Below are positions 10,206 to 21,900 of a stretch of DNA of 37,044 nt, one piece after another; within the stretch, counting starts at the first letter, position 1, and each line of letters opens with the position of its first letter. Below the pieces are notes generated by a model. The model was given only the letters and a program-made list of their open reading frames with translations. It ran no database searches and was not told the origin of the DNA. The DNA lies in the NCBI GenBank assembly GCA_026026165.1, contig JAPEUD010000003.1, forward strand, positions 682,001-719,044, given 5' to 3'. This DNA comes from Sarea resinae (Eukaryota). A program made the translations under genes and the position numbers.

Positions 10206-11590
10206 ATGGCATCTTCAAGTCCTTTACTTTCTGATCCCCTCCTCTCCCTCCGTCAATCCATCGCGTCCAACCACCCCCCCGTTCCTACAAAATCGGCCGA
10301 CGCCTCATCGGCCGCTGATCCAGAGCAAGACCTGGCTAAGGCGACTCATCTTCACTTTTCCGACCCAGAATCCCGTACCTTTCCACTTGATACGCCCACG
10401 CGCTTCGTCTCGTCAGACTCGCCTGTTGATCTCCGCAGCATCTACTTTGCATGGCAGAAGAAAGATGTCGCCATCCCAGACTACATCGCCTCGGCGCAGC
10501 GACTCAACGAGGCACTCTTGGCGCCTGATGGCGCTGGCGGCAAGGTGCAGCACTTGGTCTTTGTCGAGCGGCTGGACCTCATCACCTGGCTCGAGGGGGC
10601 TTCCGAGGAGAGCGAATACATCAAGCATCTGGTTTCGGATGCGTCGACGGAGAGAGCTTCGGGCTCGGCGCAGGTTGCTTCGGGCGCGGCGGGTGGAATT
10701 GCAACCGTACCCAGTGGTGCTGCAGGCGCCAGACCAGGCAAGACGATCGATCCGCGCTTGGCGGAGATCTACAACGGGGAGCGTCGCATGGGTGACAGGA
10801 ACACGGTGCTACGAGGCATCAAGCCTACAGTAAGTGTACGGTGCAGCAGCATCATTGAACTCTCTAATTTGAAACCCCACAGGACTTCTCGCATGTGCGC
10901 AAAATCACCGAGACCTTCCTCGGCCGCAACCGTAACCGCGCCTCCAACGCCGCCACGACAGCCGTAGCCGCTCTCTCCTCTACCCACAACCTCGCCCTCA
11001 ACGCCTCACTTTCACCGTCTCCGCGAAAGCCTGGCCGTCGACCGGAACCAATCATTCTCCTCTCTCCATCAGCCTCCTCCCTCCTTCGCATGAGCAACAT
11101 CAAATCCTTCCTCGAATCGGGCTCTTACATTCCCCCGGACTCGGCCCTCGCAGGATCCACCAGCAGCACCGCAAACATCCTCCACATCTCACGGCTCATC
11201 CCCTCCATCGATCCCACGCGTCCACTCCGCTTCATCCTCGTCGACACGCCCGAGCACTTCAAACCAGACTACTGGTCCCGCGTCGTGGCGGTCTTCACCA
11301 CTGGCCAGACATGGCAATTCAAGTCATACAAATGGCAGTCGCCGCCCGATCTCTTCCGACACGTGTTGGGCATCTATATCGGCTGGCGGGGCGAGGAGGT
11401 GCCGTCCACGGTCAGGGGGTGGGGCAGCAATGTCATGCGGGCGGCTATCGACAAGTGGAATCCTAACGTCGGCACCGGCGGCAGGTGGAGGGATCGAGAA
11501 GTCGTCGAGGATGTGTGGTTGACCGTTGAGGAGAGCATGCGGGCCAGGGGATGGAGTAAAGATGGTGGACCACTGGTTGCTACTAGGTGA
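10206..11590 (+). CDS. CDC73: Paf1 complex subunit Cdc73 (parafibromin homologue), about 443 aa, 2 exons
   Basis: Exons 10206-10829 and 10883-11590; intron 10830-10882 GTAAGT..CTAAT..CAG. Motifs VFVERLDLITWLEGASEESEYI, LRGIKPTDFSHVRK, PIILLSPSASSLLRMSNIKSFLE and YWSRVVAVFTTGQTWQFKSYKW are typical of the Cdc73 C-terminal Ras-like domain region. Confidence 0.95.
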
Positions 11591-12247
11591 TTGTCCACGC
11601 CGTATTTGGGGGTTTGCTTCTTGTCTTGTCTCCTGTCTCTCTCTTGTCTCTCTCTTGTCTCACCCTTCCCTATTCTTCGTTACCTACACCCCACCCGTCT
11701 CGAGAGAGGGAGCGGCATTGTATAACAGAATATTTTTTTCCTTTTTTTTCTCTACACCCACAACTTTCGGTCATATCTTGAGGCAGACAAACTCGGTTGG
11801 CTGGCGAGGATAAGGTTAAAAAGGACCATAACTATGGATCTATCTGGTCTGGTCTATCTTGGCGATCATGGGCGTTACGTCTTCCTACCCACACACACCC
11901 ACACACGCGCGCGTATAGACACCATCTATCATATCACATCATATCACATCATCTCTTGTCCTCACTCACTGACACTCATACGCGGGGCGCGCTCGAGAAG
12001 AAACCTGACCTTCCAAATCACTGGGGGATCTCGAATCTCCATCTCCTGTGCCCATCTATGTTATGATCCGATCTCCAGCGTCCATCCATGTTCAAAGTGC
12101 CCTTTTCCCCCCTGATGTTTAATCAATGAATCCAGTCCCGGGACTGATCCCCGACTCAATCTGTTGAACATCTGAGAGTCGACTTGCATACCCTACCCGG
12201 CCTGTCTGGTTGTGGTTTGTAAGTTAAGATATTTGGCGACGGTAAAA

Positions 12248-12290
12248 GGATGGGATGGGATGGGATGGGATGGGATGGGATGGGATGGGA
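12248..12290. repeat. Microsatellite (GGATG)n, about 8.5 units
   Basis: Read directly. Confidence 0.95.
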
Positions 12291-12428
12291 TAGGATGGCC
12301 CCCGCCTCATTCCCTCACTCTCCCTCCCTCTCTTTCCCTCACCGCTCAGGTGCAGTTTACTCTCTTTCCCACCGACCGATATTCGACAACATATCCCATT
12401 GGCCGAGAAATTCAAATTCAGATCCAAA

Positions 12429-12490
12429 TTCATCCATCCATCCATCCATTCACCTGGCTCAGCGGGTGAATGGATGAATGAATGAATGAA
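12429..12490. repeat. Inverted repeat, 26-bp arms (23/26 matched) with 10-nt spacer
   Basis: Left arm 12429-12454 ttcatccatccatccatccattcacc; right arm 12465-12490 ggtgaatggatgaatgaatgaatgaa. Confidence 0.85.
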
Positions 12491-12855
12491 CGTATAGCCA
12501 AGCTCCACCATCTCCATCTTCATTTCCATTCCCATCCCCATCTCCCAGTACCCTTTTCGTTGAACTCGACCAGCCCTGTCGGGGTTTCCCATCCCCCCCC
12601 CCGGCCCCCCCCGACCACTAAAGTCGATGCTGATAGAAACTGATCTGATCTGATCAGATTGGATTCAATCAGCATCGAATAAGGATAGCGATAGCGATAG
12701 GGATCAGATAGGTGGGACGGAATGGTTTCCTTCCGTGTCCGTCGTGTCTGGGCGCAGGAACAAATAGCTAGCTCTTCATGCATACATACATATAATACAT
12801 ATGTGCAAGCCAGTGGAGGAAGAACAAGCAAAAGGAAATAGGAAAAGGCATGGTG

Positions 12856-12891
12856 CTCACTCACTCACTCACTCACTCACTCACTCACTCA
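12856..12891. repeat. Microsatellite (CTCA)x9
   Basis: Read directly. Confidence 0.95.
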
Positions 12892-12984
12892 TTTACATCC
12901 ACATCCACATCCATATCCACACCTACCCCGTCGACTTTACCACCGCCGACGCCCTCTTCCATCCCATCTAGCCAAACACCGTCC

Positions 12985-13032
<48 letters not shown>
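12985..13032. repeat. Microsatellite (TCA)x16
   Basis: Read directly; it produces the spurious poly-S and poly-D ORFs in the track. Confidence 0.95.
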
Positions 13033-14186
13033 GATTTCAGTATCAAAGCATGCAAGGGCCCGGGGGCAGAACAGGAAATCCGAGAACGGCTGACGACTGA
13101 CGTCCGTCGTTCGTGGATCCCATCCGCTTCAATCCCTCGCACAACTGAGGGCTTCGACTATCTATACTTTTGTGACTTGACGGCTATGATTGTTCGTGGC
13201 CCCCCTCCCCTCATCCTCCCACAGCCCTCTTATGTTCGGCCAGATGGAATGACTGCTACGAGCCGGTAGATATTCACAGTCGTAGACGTACTTGTAGGCG
13301 TAAAGGGGGCAGACTCATAGTCGTAGATGTGGGAGTAGTTGTAGGCGTAGGGGCAGACATGACGTATACAGGCACAAGCACAAGCACAAGAGCGAGCGCG
13401 AACACAAACACGCAGACGACCATTCACATGAGATTCGAATCAGTATCATTCTCTCTTCTAATCCGATCCATCTCCCCGGCTCCAATCCCCCTTTCCCTCT
13501 ACAAGCGGATCTAGCAAAACAACGAGCTTATCTACGTCTATATGCACGAAGGCGCGGCAAAGAAAGGGGGCTGTACAAAGAAGATTAGAGAAGGAATATA
13601 GAAAGAAGTGAAGAGGAAAGAAAAGACAAAAGGAAAAAAAACCCCGTTCTATTCGGCACGCACCAGCCAGAAATCAATCATCTTTGACCAAGGAAAATGA
13701 CGCAGTTTTTTCTCTGCATGAAAGAAGGCATTTCTGCTCGTTCGAGTCTCGTTCCGTCCCACCCAAGCCATACCCGTCCGTCCCGCTTATCCGTTCCGTC
13801 GTCATCAACATCTCTTTCTATTTTTCTAAGTAAAAGCAAACACGGGAAACGCCCAGATTATAATAATCGTCATAAGCAACAAAGGAAAAGAACGGAGAAC
13901 CGAATGCACGCCAATGTGTCTCTTTTTCGCCACATAGGAATCTAGAACTTTTTCGCCGGTTAGGATACGATGATAGGATGCTTGCAAGAAATGAAATGAG
14001 GATGCAGTGTCGTGCCCTGAAATCTGTTGAGTTGATAGGTTGATATCAAGAAAGGCTGATGGTTGAGGTACGCTGCTGTGTGATGCATGGCAGGCTGTTA
14101 TAGTCGATGCTTGTCTGAGCTCGGGTCGCATGGGTATTCCCAGGCAGAATCCGTAAATGTGCATGCGTAAAGGGAATGATGGAGTA

Positions 14187-17100
14187 TTATAAGATGGCGG
14201 CAGGGAGATTCGTCTGGACGCCTGGCACCGGCGAATCTTCATGCTGATTAATCGGCTTGAAGAGCAAACTCATATCCAACGTAAGGTTTTCGACCCCGTA
14301 GCTCTCATCAATGTCGCCCACGGAGCCTATATCCTCCCCACGCATAGCGTTATCCGATGCAACCCACGCCCGGACGTTTTTCAATAGCCCCAGCACTTGT
14401 GCAAAGCGCTGTTCGGGGGCCATCTGCCAGTCCGTAGCACGGTTACTACGTAAGAAGGCGCGAGCAAGCCAGTAGAAGTGAACGCCATCGCGACAGAACC
14501 CAAAGCGTCGGAAACGCGAGCGGGAAAGAGGGTATTGTATTGTCATGTCCTCGTCCCAGGCATTTTTCCACTTCTGGATAGCGTTTGTGGTGGCTTTGAG
14601 CAATTGATGAGCGCCCGGTGATGGTGCTCCGAAACTATCAGGGGTTGCGTTGCGACTGCTGCTGTTGCTGCTGAGAGCACTGGAAGGCACAAGCCAATCA
14701 TTCTGCCCGATAGGAGTATTTCCGCCGCTGCTGACAGAGCCCTGATCGCCGGGGCTCATGGTCGCAGCAGTCTGAGAAAGCTGCCGCTGTACATTGAATA
14801 TCTGGACGTGTAGAGCGTGTATCAAGATGAATTTGGAGACTGCATTGGTCGTCATCGGTCGCAAATCGGTTCCAAAATGTAAAAGCACTTTCATGGTCTG
14901 ATGCATCTCCGGCTGTCTTGTCAGGCGAGTTCCTGTGAAATTCCTTTGCTGCGCGACGGGCCCATGAAGCCCGAGGGCGTCGGCACACTCCATTGCGCTA
15001 GTAGCATCCCAACAAGCATCGTCCGCTGGCAAAGGAACCTGGATCTCGAGGGGCTCGAATTGGGGCGGAATATTAAAATATATGGCAAAAGCTGCGTCAA
15101 GGACGAAGAGAAGAAAAATCACTCGAGACCTTCTCTCCTGTTCGACCCAAGCCAGCCAGTCCCAACCTGCATCACTGGGATGATCGAGTACAGTCTCTAG
15201 CTGGTGCAGCACACTAAAAGCAGGATGCCCGAGAGGCGCAACTTGCAATAAACCAGTCGAACGAGCCATTGCCGTGAGAGCCGGAAAATCTTGCCTGATA
15301 TGAGCACGCTGCTGTTCGGTCCCGTGCCACGTGAACAGTGCCTGCAGTATGACAAAAGCTTGCAATTCTTGAATTTCCGATACGCCACCGACCATGGATG
15401 CCGGATGCTCTCCCTGAGCTGGGGCGAATAACCTCGAGTTACGCTGCAGAGAAGCCTTGGCATGCTCCATCAGATGCCTAACTTGCGACACACTCACCCT
15501 GTCCGAGTATACGGCACCAACACAAACAATCATCAATACTAGTCCATCGTAGGCGTCGAAAATATTAAATGTTGGCATGTGAATGATTGGAAAATGGCCT
15601 TGAACATTCGTAAACAGTTCCACAAAATGCCGGACGTTATCGACCGTGAAGCATTGTCTGACGTCGTCGTTTGCCTGGGAACGGTCGGGGGCTTCGGCGC
15701 CGTCCTGGAAGCAGAAGGCGGCCAGTCTATTGGCCTTGGCCTGTAAAGGGTCATTGTGAGAGAAGTCCATATTCCAATGTGGGAAACCGCCAAGCGTACC
15801 GTCTGCTCCTATACTTGTAGGGGTCGAATATATGCCGTTAAACATGCTATCCTGATGATCTTCGCCTGCCGGATCAAACGAGTTGCTAGGGAGTTGCACC
15901 TCGGCCTTGATAGGCGCTTGCACTTGGCCGCTGGAGGAGTTGAATACAGCCGACATGAATCCATCTTGTCCGCCCGGTTGGAACATGTGAGACCAATCCA
16001 GATCATGGCTTTGGCCTGAACCTGAACCAGAGCTCGAGTAATGCGGTAATGGGGGTCGGCTGTATGACAGTGGACTTGGGTCTTTTGAGCTGCCGTCAAG
16101 ACTCAGACTGGCGTCGGGGGTGCCTGGCTTATAAGCGAAGTTTGGTGGAAAAGCAGCTTGACTGTGAGGAACTGAAAATGCCGATAAAGAATGTTCGAGG
16201 TTCGCCGGGAAGCCCGTAGTGATATGATCTTGACCCGCGCCAAACATCCCGTTCGAACCAGATGAGCTGGGTGCCGTCATGCTTCGGTTCCGTCCCATTA
16301 TATGCTCGCCACTGCTCGATCGCTTGATGCTACCGGCTCTCGATAACATAGGGGGGGTGGGCTGATGGCCGTCGAGGTAGCTCGAGGCGCCATTAGGCAA
16401 GTTGAGACCAGCCAGATTTCCATTCAGAGTTCCATCCGTATAGCCCATCGCGCTTCCATTCATCGAGTTGACAAAGTCCGCGTGATCGACTCCAGTAGTC
16501 GAAGCCTTCTGCTGCCCGGGCTGAGTCTTCTTCAAGTGCGCTTGTGAATGAGAGAGGTGGCTAGCTCCTGTAGGGTTGCCTCTTCGTAGCGAACATTTCT
16601 GAAAGTGACGCTTCAGAATATCGCTGCGGGAGAAGGTGTCCTTACAGAGGATGCACATGTATGGCCGATCGCCAGTGTCTGGACATTGTTAGTACAATCG
16701 CAACGATGAGATTACAAACACTTACGGCGTAGCAGATGTCTCTTGAGATGTTTCGCATGAAGGTAGGTCTTGTTGCAGTGTGGACAAGGGAATTTTCCGT
16801 CGGCGTCCTTGGCCGGGATCGTGGTACTCTTGCCACCCGACACAGTCCCCGCTGTTACAGCAGCGGCCCGTCCAGGTGCGCTGGGCAAAATGCCCCGTCG
16901 GCCTTGCGAACCTACGACATGTGTAGGCTGAGGCTCCGGATTGGGAGCTAGCTGCGGTTGCGACATCCCCTGCGCTTGGTATTGAGATGGCAAAGGTAAT
17001 TGTTGGCTCAAACCACCGGACGGCATTGGCCGGAGAGGGACGGGTAACCTGCCCTGATTTGGTGCGGGCGCAATTGATGGATGAGACGAAGCCATCGATA

Positions 17101-17461
17101 CCTGCGAGCTCATCGGCTGGCTCGTCGAGAACGGGCTTCCCGACGACATGTACGAGGGGAGTTGTAGGTCGTGCAGCGATGGTTGCGGCGCAAGCTGAGG
17201 CAAACCTCCTTGTCCTCCAGATACCGGCGTGCTGGGTGTATGTGGTGTTCGCGGGGTGTGAGGAGCGCTGGAGGGATGCCCGTACATGGACTGTGCGAAT
17301 GAGATGGCGGCATTTTGAGGTTGCAAAGTCGGCAATCCTAACGGAGGAGCGGATTGCGAATTTGAAGGGATCGTATGAGGGGAAAAGACCGAGAGCGGTG
17401 CTAGCTGCTGAGGGTTGCTCGCCGCCAAGTTGGGTATATTTGCGTGGAATTGGGGATCCAT
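14187..17461 (-). CDS. rfeC: C2H2 zinc-finger transcription factor with C-terminal fungal-specific TF domain, RfeC-like, about 1075 aa, 2 exons
   Basis: Exons 17461-16726 and 16678-14187; intron 16725-16679 GTAAGT..CTAAC..CAG splits the His codon ending finger 1. Joined: VVGSQGRRGILPS..AKDADGKFPCPHCNKTYLHAKHLKRHLLRHTGDRPYMCILCKDTFSRSDILKRHFQKC, matching Aspergillus RfeC as I recall it. The C-terminal half (HFPIIHMPTF, WLAWVEQERRSR, LPADDACWDA) is typical of Fungal_trans/MHR domains. The CDS is solid; the gene symbol is less certain. Confidence 0.9.
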
Positions 17462-18140
17462 GATAAGGGTGGGTCGATCTGAGGTTCAATCGCACGTGTC
17501 GACTTCATTCGAGTCGATGAAGAGGCCGAACGCTGCGATATCCGAACAACAGCCTCGACGGCGACGAGGCAGGACCTGGTCTCTTGGCGACTATCGATGC
17601 GTCGGTGCACAGCTTCTTGATTGGGCAACTTTGAACAGCCGGCGATAAACTTTTTTCTTCGGTCCCCAACTGACAGCGACGCTCTCGTCCTCTTGTACCG
17701 TTTCCCCACGAGAGCCGAATTCCTCGTGGAAAAGACAATCGGCACCGAAGAGGAACAAGGTCTTCTTTTTTTGGAAGACGAGAGTCGGTCTCGCAGTGCC
17801 TATCGTCGGCGATGACTGTGTTGAGCTGTCAAGCTGCAACGGGGATGCTGCAAGATACTGGCTGCAGGTAGGTCTGTCTTGTCGCGCGTATCAAGAGGCG
17901 TCGCGAAGATCTAATCAGTCCCACCAAGAGCCGCGAAGTGGAGCTTCTCCAGCAGACAGGCGAGAACCAGAACCACTCATAAGATGGAAAAGTCGACCGG
18001 CGTTCTTTGTTCTCTCCTTGCCTTCCTCACCACGCACGCTTGATGCCTTGGAGATGGATGAATCCTTTGAGGCGATGCAGGCCTTCCTCTCGGTGCAAAA
18101 GACAGATGGGCCGTTGGTGAATGCGAGGTGGTATGATGTT

Positions 18141-18170
18141 GAAGAGGAGAGAAAGAGAGAGAAGAGAGTG
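18141..18170 (-). promoter_or_regulatory. CT-rich tract about 680 bp upstream of the rfeC-like ATG; candidate TSS region
   Basis: + strand gaagaggagagaaagagagagaagagagtg is a pyrimidine tract on the coding strand. Function inferred. Confidence 0.35.
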
Positions 18171-18870
18171 ATGGTAGAAGTAGCAGCGGTAGCAGCAGTA
18201 GCTGCGGTAGCTGCGAAGACCCAAGGTACTACGAGTACTATGAGTAGTAGTAGAGTAAGTAGTCGACCGCGTACCTGCCGACTCGACGGTTGAGGGTCGA
18301 GGGTCGAGGGTTGAGGGTTTTCACAAGTCAGGTGCTGCCGTAGAATGGGCGATGGTGCCTTGCCCGTGGTGCCGGCCGGTGTCCGAAAGAGTGATTAGGT
18401 GATTATCGAGCAGCAGCAAGCAGTCAAGTTCGAACAAGCCTCTACCGTTGTATGTGTCCCCAGACCTACTGGCATCGACTACCTCTGGCCCTCTTACCCT
18501 CTTACGTTCAATACCTTCCTGACCTTGCCTTATAGGCACACGCGCACGTACGAACACGCATACATCCTCTCACACTACTGTACGACTTTTCCGACCTGAC
18601 AGGTCGATTCATTGATGCTGGAGGACGGATGGCTGAGGTGTGCAATGCTGCTACATTTGCCGGTACGGGGCAATGGGTAATTGTCGATGACGGGTAAGGT
18701 GGAAGAGATTTCGATCTCTCGGGGAGGAGGAGTGGTAAGGTCGAGCAAGGTACTGCGTCAGGTAGTCCATCATGGTGGTCGAGTCAGTCTCTTCACGACG
18801 GAACATGGTGATAGAGAGGCAGGCACTTGATCTACTCCCCCCTCCCCCTCCCTCCACCCATTGCCTTCTC

Positions 18871-18918
18871 TCAAGAGATCAAGAGATCAAGAGATCAAGA
18901 GATCAAGAGATCAAGAGA
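18871..18918. repeat. Tandem repeat (TCAAGAGA)x6
   Basis: Six perfect 8-bp units followed by a truncated tcaagatcaa. Confidence 0.95.
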
Positions 18919-21900
18919 TCAAGATCAAACCATCCAGAGTTCCGTCGGCACCGAATCCTCGACATTGTCACCTTTTTTTGCCCGATGTTCCCGCTTTGCC
19001 TTCTGTCCCATTGTGCCCTACATCCTCTCCTCTATCGGAAGTACGTAGCACTCAGCCTTCGCTTCTCTGCTCCTCTGGTCTAAATTACCTAACTTTTCTC
19101 TCTCTCCGGCCAAAGAGAGGAACAGACATGTAAACGCCTACCTGGGACTGGCCTCGCAAGGTTGTGCCGGCTACGGACGCGCCAAAGAAAAGGCCTTCAC
19201 TTCCGATTCAGCTAATGGGAATTGGCGACGGGCACTGACATTGACACTTGGACCTCGTCCAGCAAAGTCCGACGGGCTAGCGGTATCTTCCGGTGAACGA
19301 TGACGACGAAGCTGCAGCAGTCGCGGCAGTAGAAGATGGGAAGTGTGGAAGGTACCACTGGACTACCGATCCTAGTCAATGGTGATATGTACCTTGGAGG
19401 TGAAGGGTTTCACTCGGAGTTGAGGCTCGGACGATGCTGCGTGGCTTTAGGGCTACGATCGTCTGTGTTGTGAAGCCTGCCTGTCTTTCGTCTCTGCCTT
19501 CGCGCATTATCGCGATGCGATCCAGCAGCAGCATGGCTACCTTACCCTCACGCCGACGTACAGGGTGAAGGGTGACCTTCCATGGTTTTAAAGTTACCTG
19601 TCACAAACCCAAGATCAGATCAGACCGGGCACCCTTGGACGTACGCAGTACCGCCCGACGCCTGCGATCATAGAGGAGATACATTGGTTGGCAGGTCAAG
19701 CTGAGGCGAGCCGGGCAAGGGTTTAGCCAGCAAGGTAGGTACTATGAGTACTCTATGTAGTACTGCCGTGTGTTCGTACTGCGGACTTCGTACATGTCGG
19801 GAAAAGTGCACAGTATGGTAATAAGGTCGACACGAGGCAGGGCATGCATCGCTTTGCCATTCCCACCGATGAGGGATGCCAAAGAGGTAATCATTGTCCG
19901 TTCCCTTGACTCTCTCTTCGGTCCTTTGGCCCTTTTGGCCCTCTTGCTGGCTGCACCTTCTACTCTGCGCAGTACTCTACTGTACTCGTACCCTACTCGA
20001 ATCTACCTACTGACTCGCTTCACCTTCTACTCTCACGGCGTCTATCGCAATTGAACCTGGTCCCGGTCCCTACCTAATCGACCGCCACCAACCCATCGAC
20101 CGGCCACCATCGACAACCATAATCACAATCACAATCACAACCGAGCGCATGCTTACGCCGCATCCTTTGGACCCTTCGGGAATTCCAAGACTCCGAACCT
20201 CGACGACGTGCTCCGTACGTGCTCGAGTATTGGCATTACTGAAGCATGCAATTTGTACATGATCCGATCAAGATTGGACCAAATTTCAATATCATGCATG
20301 GGGGGTGCGGACATCCCTCCGCTCTCAGTCACCGGTATGCAACATGAATCGAGTCTCGTGCGTTCTAGCATGAGGCACGAAAGCGAGGGCAGACTATTGC
20401 ATTTCTCATCAACTTGTGTGGATTAATTTAAATCGCATGAGTACGGATGCGTCCATTATGATCGGTGAAGCTTGAAAGCAGAAACAGGATGATTGACCGG
20501 ACGTGACTGGACGACAAGCACGGAAGAGATGATGATAACCGAGAAAGACCAGATACGTACGGCCTGTCGCTTGCCCGACTGAGGTGTTCTACAGCGTACG
20601 TAGTACTCAAGTACGAAGGGCGAAGTACTTACAGGTGTACTTCACGGCGACTTAGTACCTCATGTACCTACATATCGGCGATCGCGAGTCGTCCAAGGCC
20701 ATGTCGGGATTGCGCTGTACCAAACCGATGTCCCCCGAACATGTGCCGGCCTACCGTCGACTGGGATGCGGACCGTGCAGTACGAGTATCCAAAGTCGCT
20801 GCCCGCCTATGGTAGGTAAGGTAAGATAGATTGCGAAGATGCGACAGCCCGAGACAAGTCGATACCTAGTCATCACGCCTCTGAGAGGTGTCTACATGGG
20901 GACGGAGTAGCAGTCCCTGATGTACGGCTGCAATTACTCGATCACGATGATCTGGGGAGAGTTGGAGAGCTATTATTTCGCGCAGTACTTACTTCCCCGA
21001 GAAGCTCCACGAGACGAAGTGCGGAATCAAGGCTGTTATGCTATGTCATGGGCCCCAAGCCGAGTTGAGGCTAATGATTCGCGTCACTATTCGGACACTC
21101 GTGAGGCCATGCCTCCTTTCAGCTTAGAGGGTGAGACTAGAGCTACAAAGAGTATTCCGTCGGCTTACTGCAGCGCACCGCTCCTCGGACCCCCTGGCAT
21201 AGGCGTCTTCGTAACGTTTCCAATTCATTTGCCTGTGATGTTTCTCGAACATTATTGTCATGAGAGCCACCATGTCATTACCTTCTCTCCCTTGGACCAC
21301 GACAACCATTGCACCACCGACCATGGGCTGGCGCAGCGCCTACGCTGCAACTTCACGCGCGAGAGGAATGGTTGCTGACGCAGAATGACGAAAGGTGTGC
21401 GCAGAACCCTGGAGAATCATCTTCACCTTCAGTACCGTCGTCTGCGTCTGCGTCTGCATCTGCATCTGCGCGACGTGGTACTTTCTTTTGGGTGTTGTCC
21501 TTGGTGATATGTCCACCGTCGGCGTTCGAGACCGCAGCCATTTGAGAGGATCTCGCGGTACGCGGCCTAAGTGCGACGATCTGGAGAACCCCGAAAGATG
21601 GTCCCGATCGGAGGAGGTAGCCCACATTCTAATCTCCTATGAATGACAGCAGTCAGTTCGACCGGCAAGTACTCCAGCTCTACTATGTACGCCTATCTTC
21701 CAACTTGGTATGCGAAGAGAGGAACAGGAACAGAGAGGGGGAAGAAACGAGTGCCTGCGGTACCTCACCCTACAAAAGGCCTATTGACTGAGGTACTTTC
21801 AGTGGTACTCGATCACAGTCAACGAGAATGGCAAGAGAAGTGGTACCAGCAGGTACTCCTCTCGGCTAAGGTACCGAGCTTGAGTACCTTACTCGCAGCC

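Noticed and set aside
12850..13269. Poly-Ser/poly-Asp ORFs on both strands
   Set aside because: Translation artefacts of (CTCA)n and (TCA)n microsatellites.
16722..17495. 257-aa alternative-frame ORF over rfeC exon 1, and similar shadow ORFs over flbA, CDC73 and the PDI gene
   Set aside because: Non-ATG starts or no motifs; expected from stop-poor GC-rich coding sequence.
18772..19133. ORFs with repeated SRDQEIKR peptide
   Set aside because: Arise in all three frames from the 8-bp (TCAAGAGA)6 repeat.
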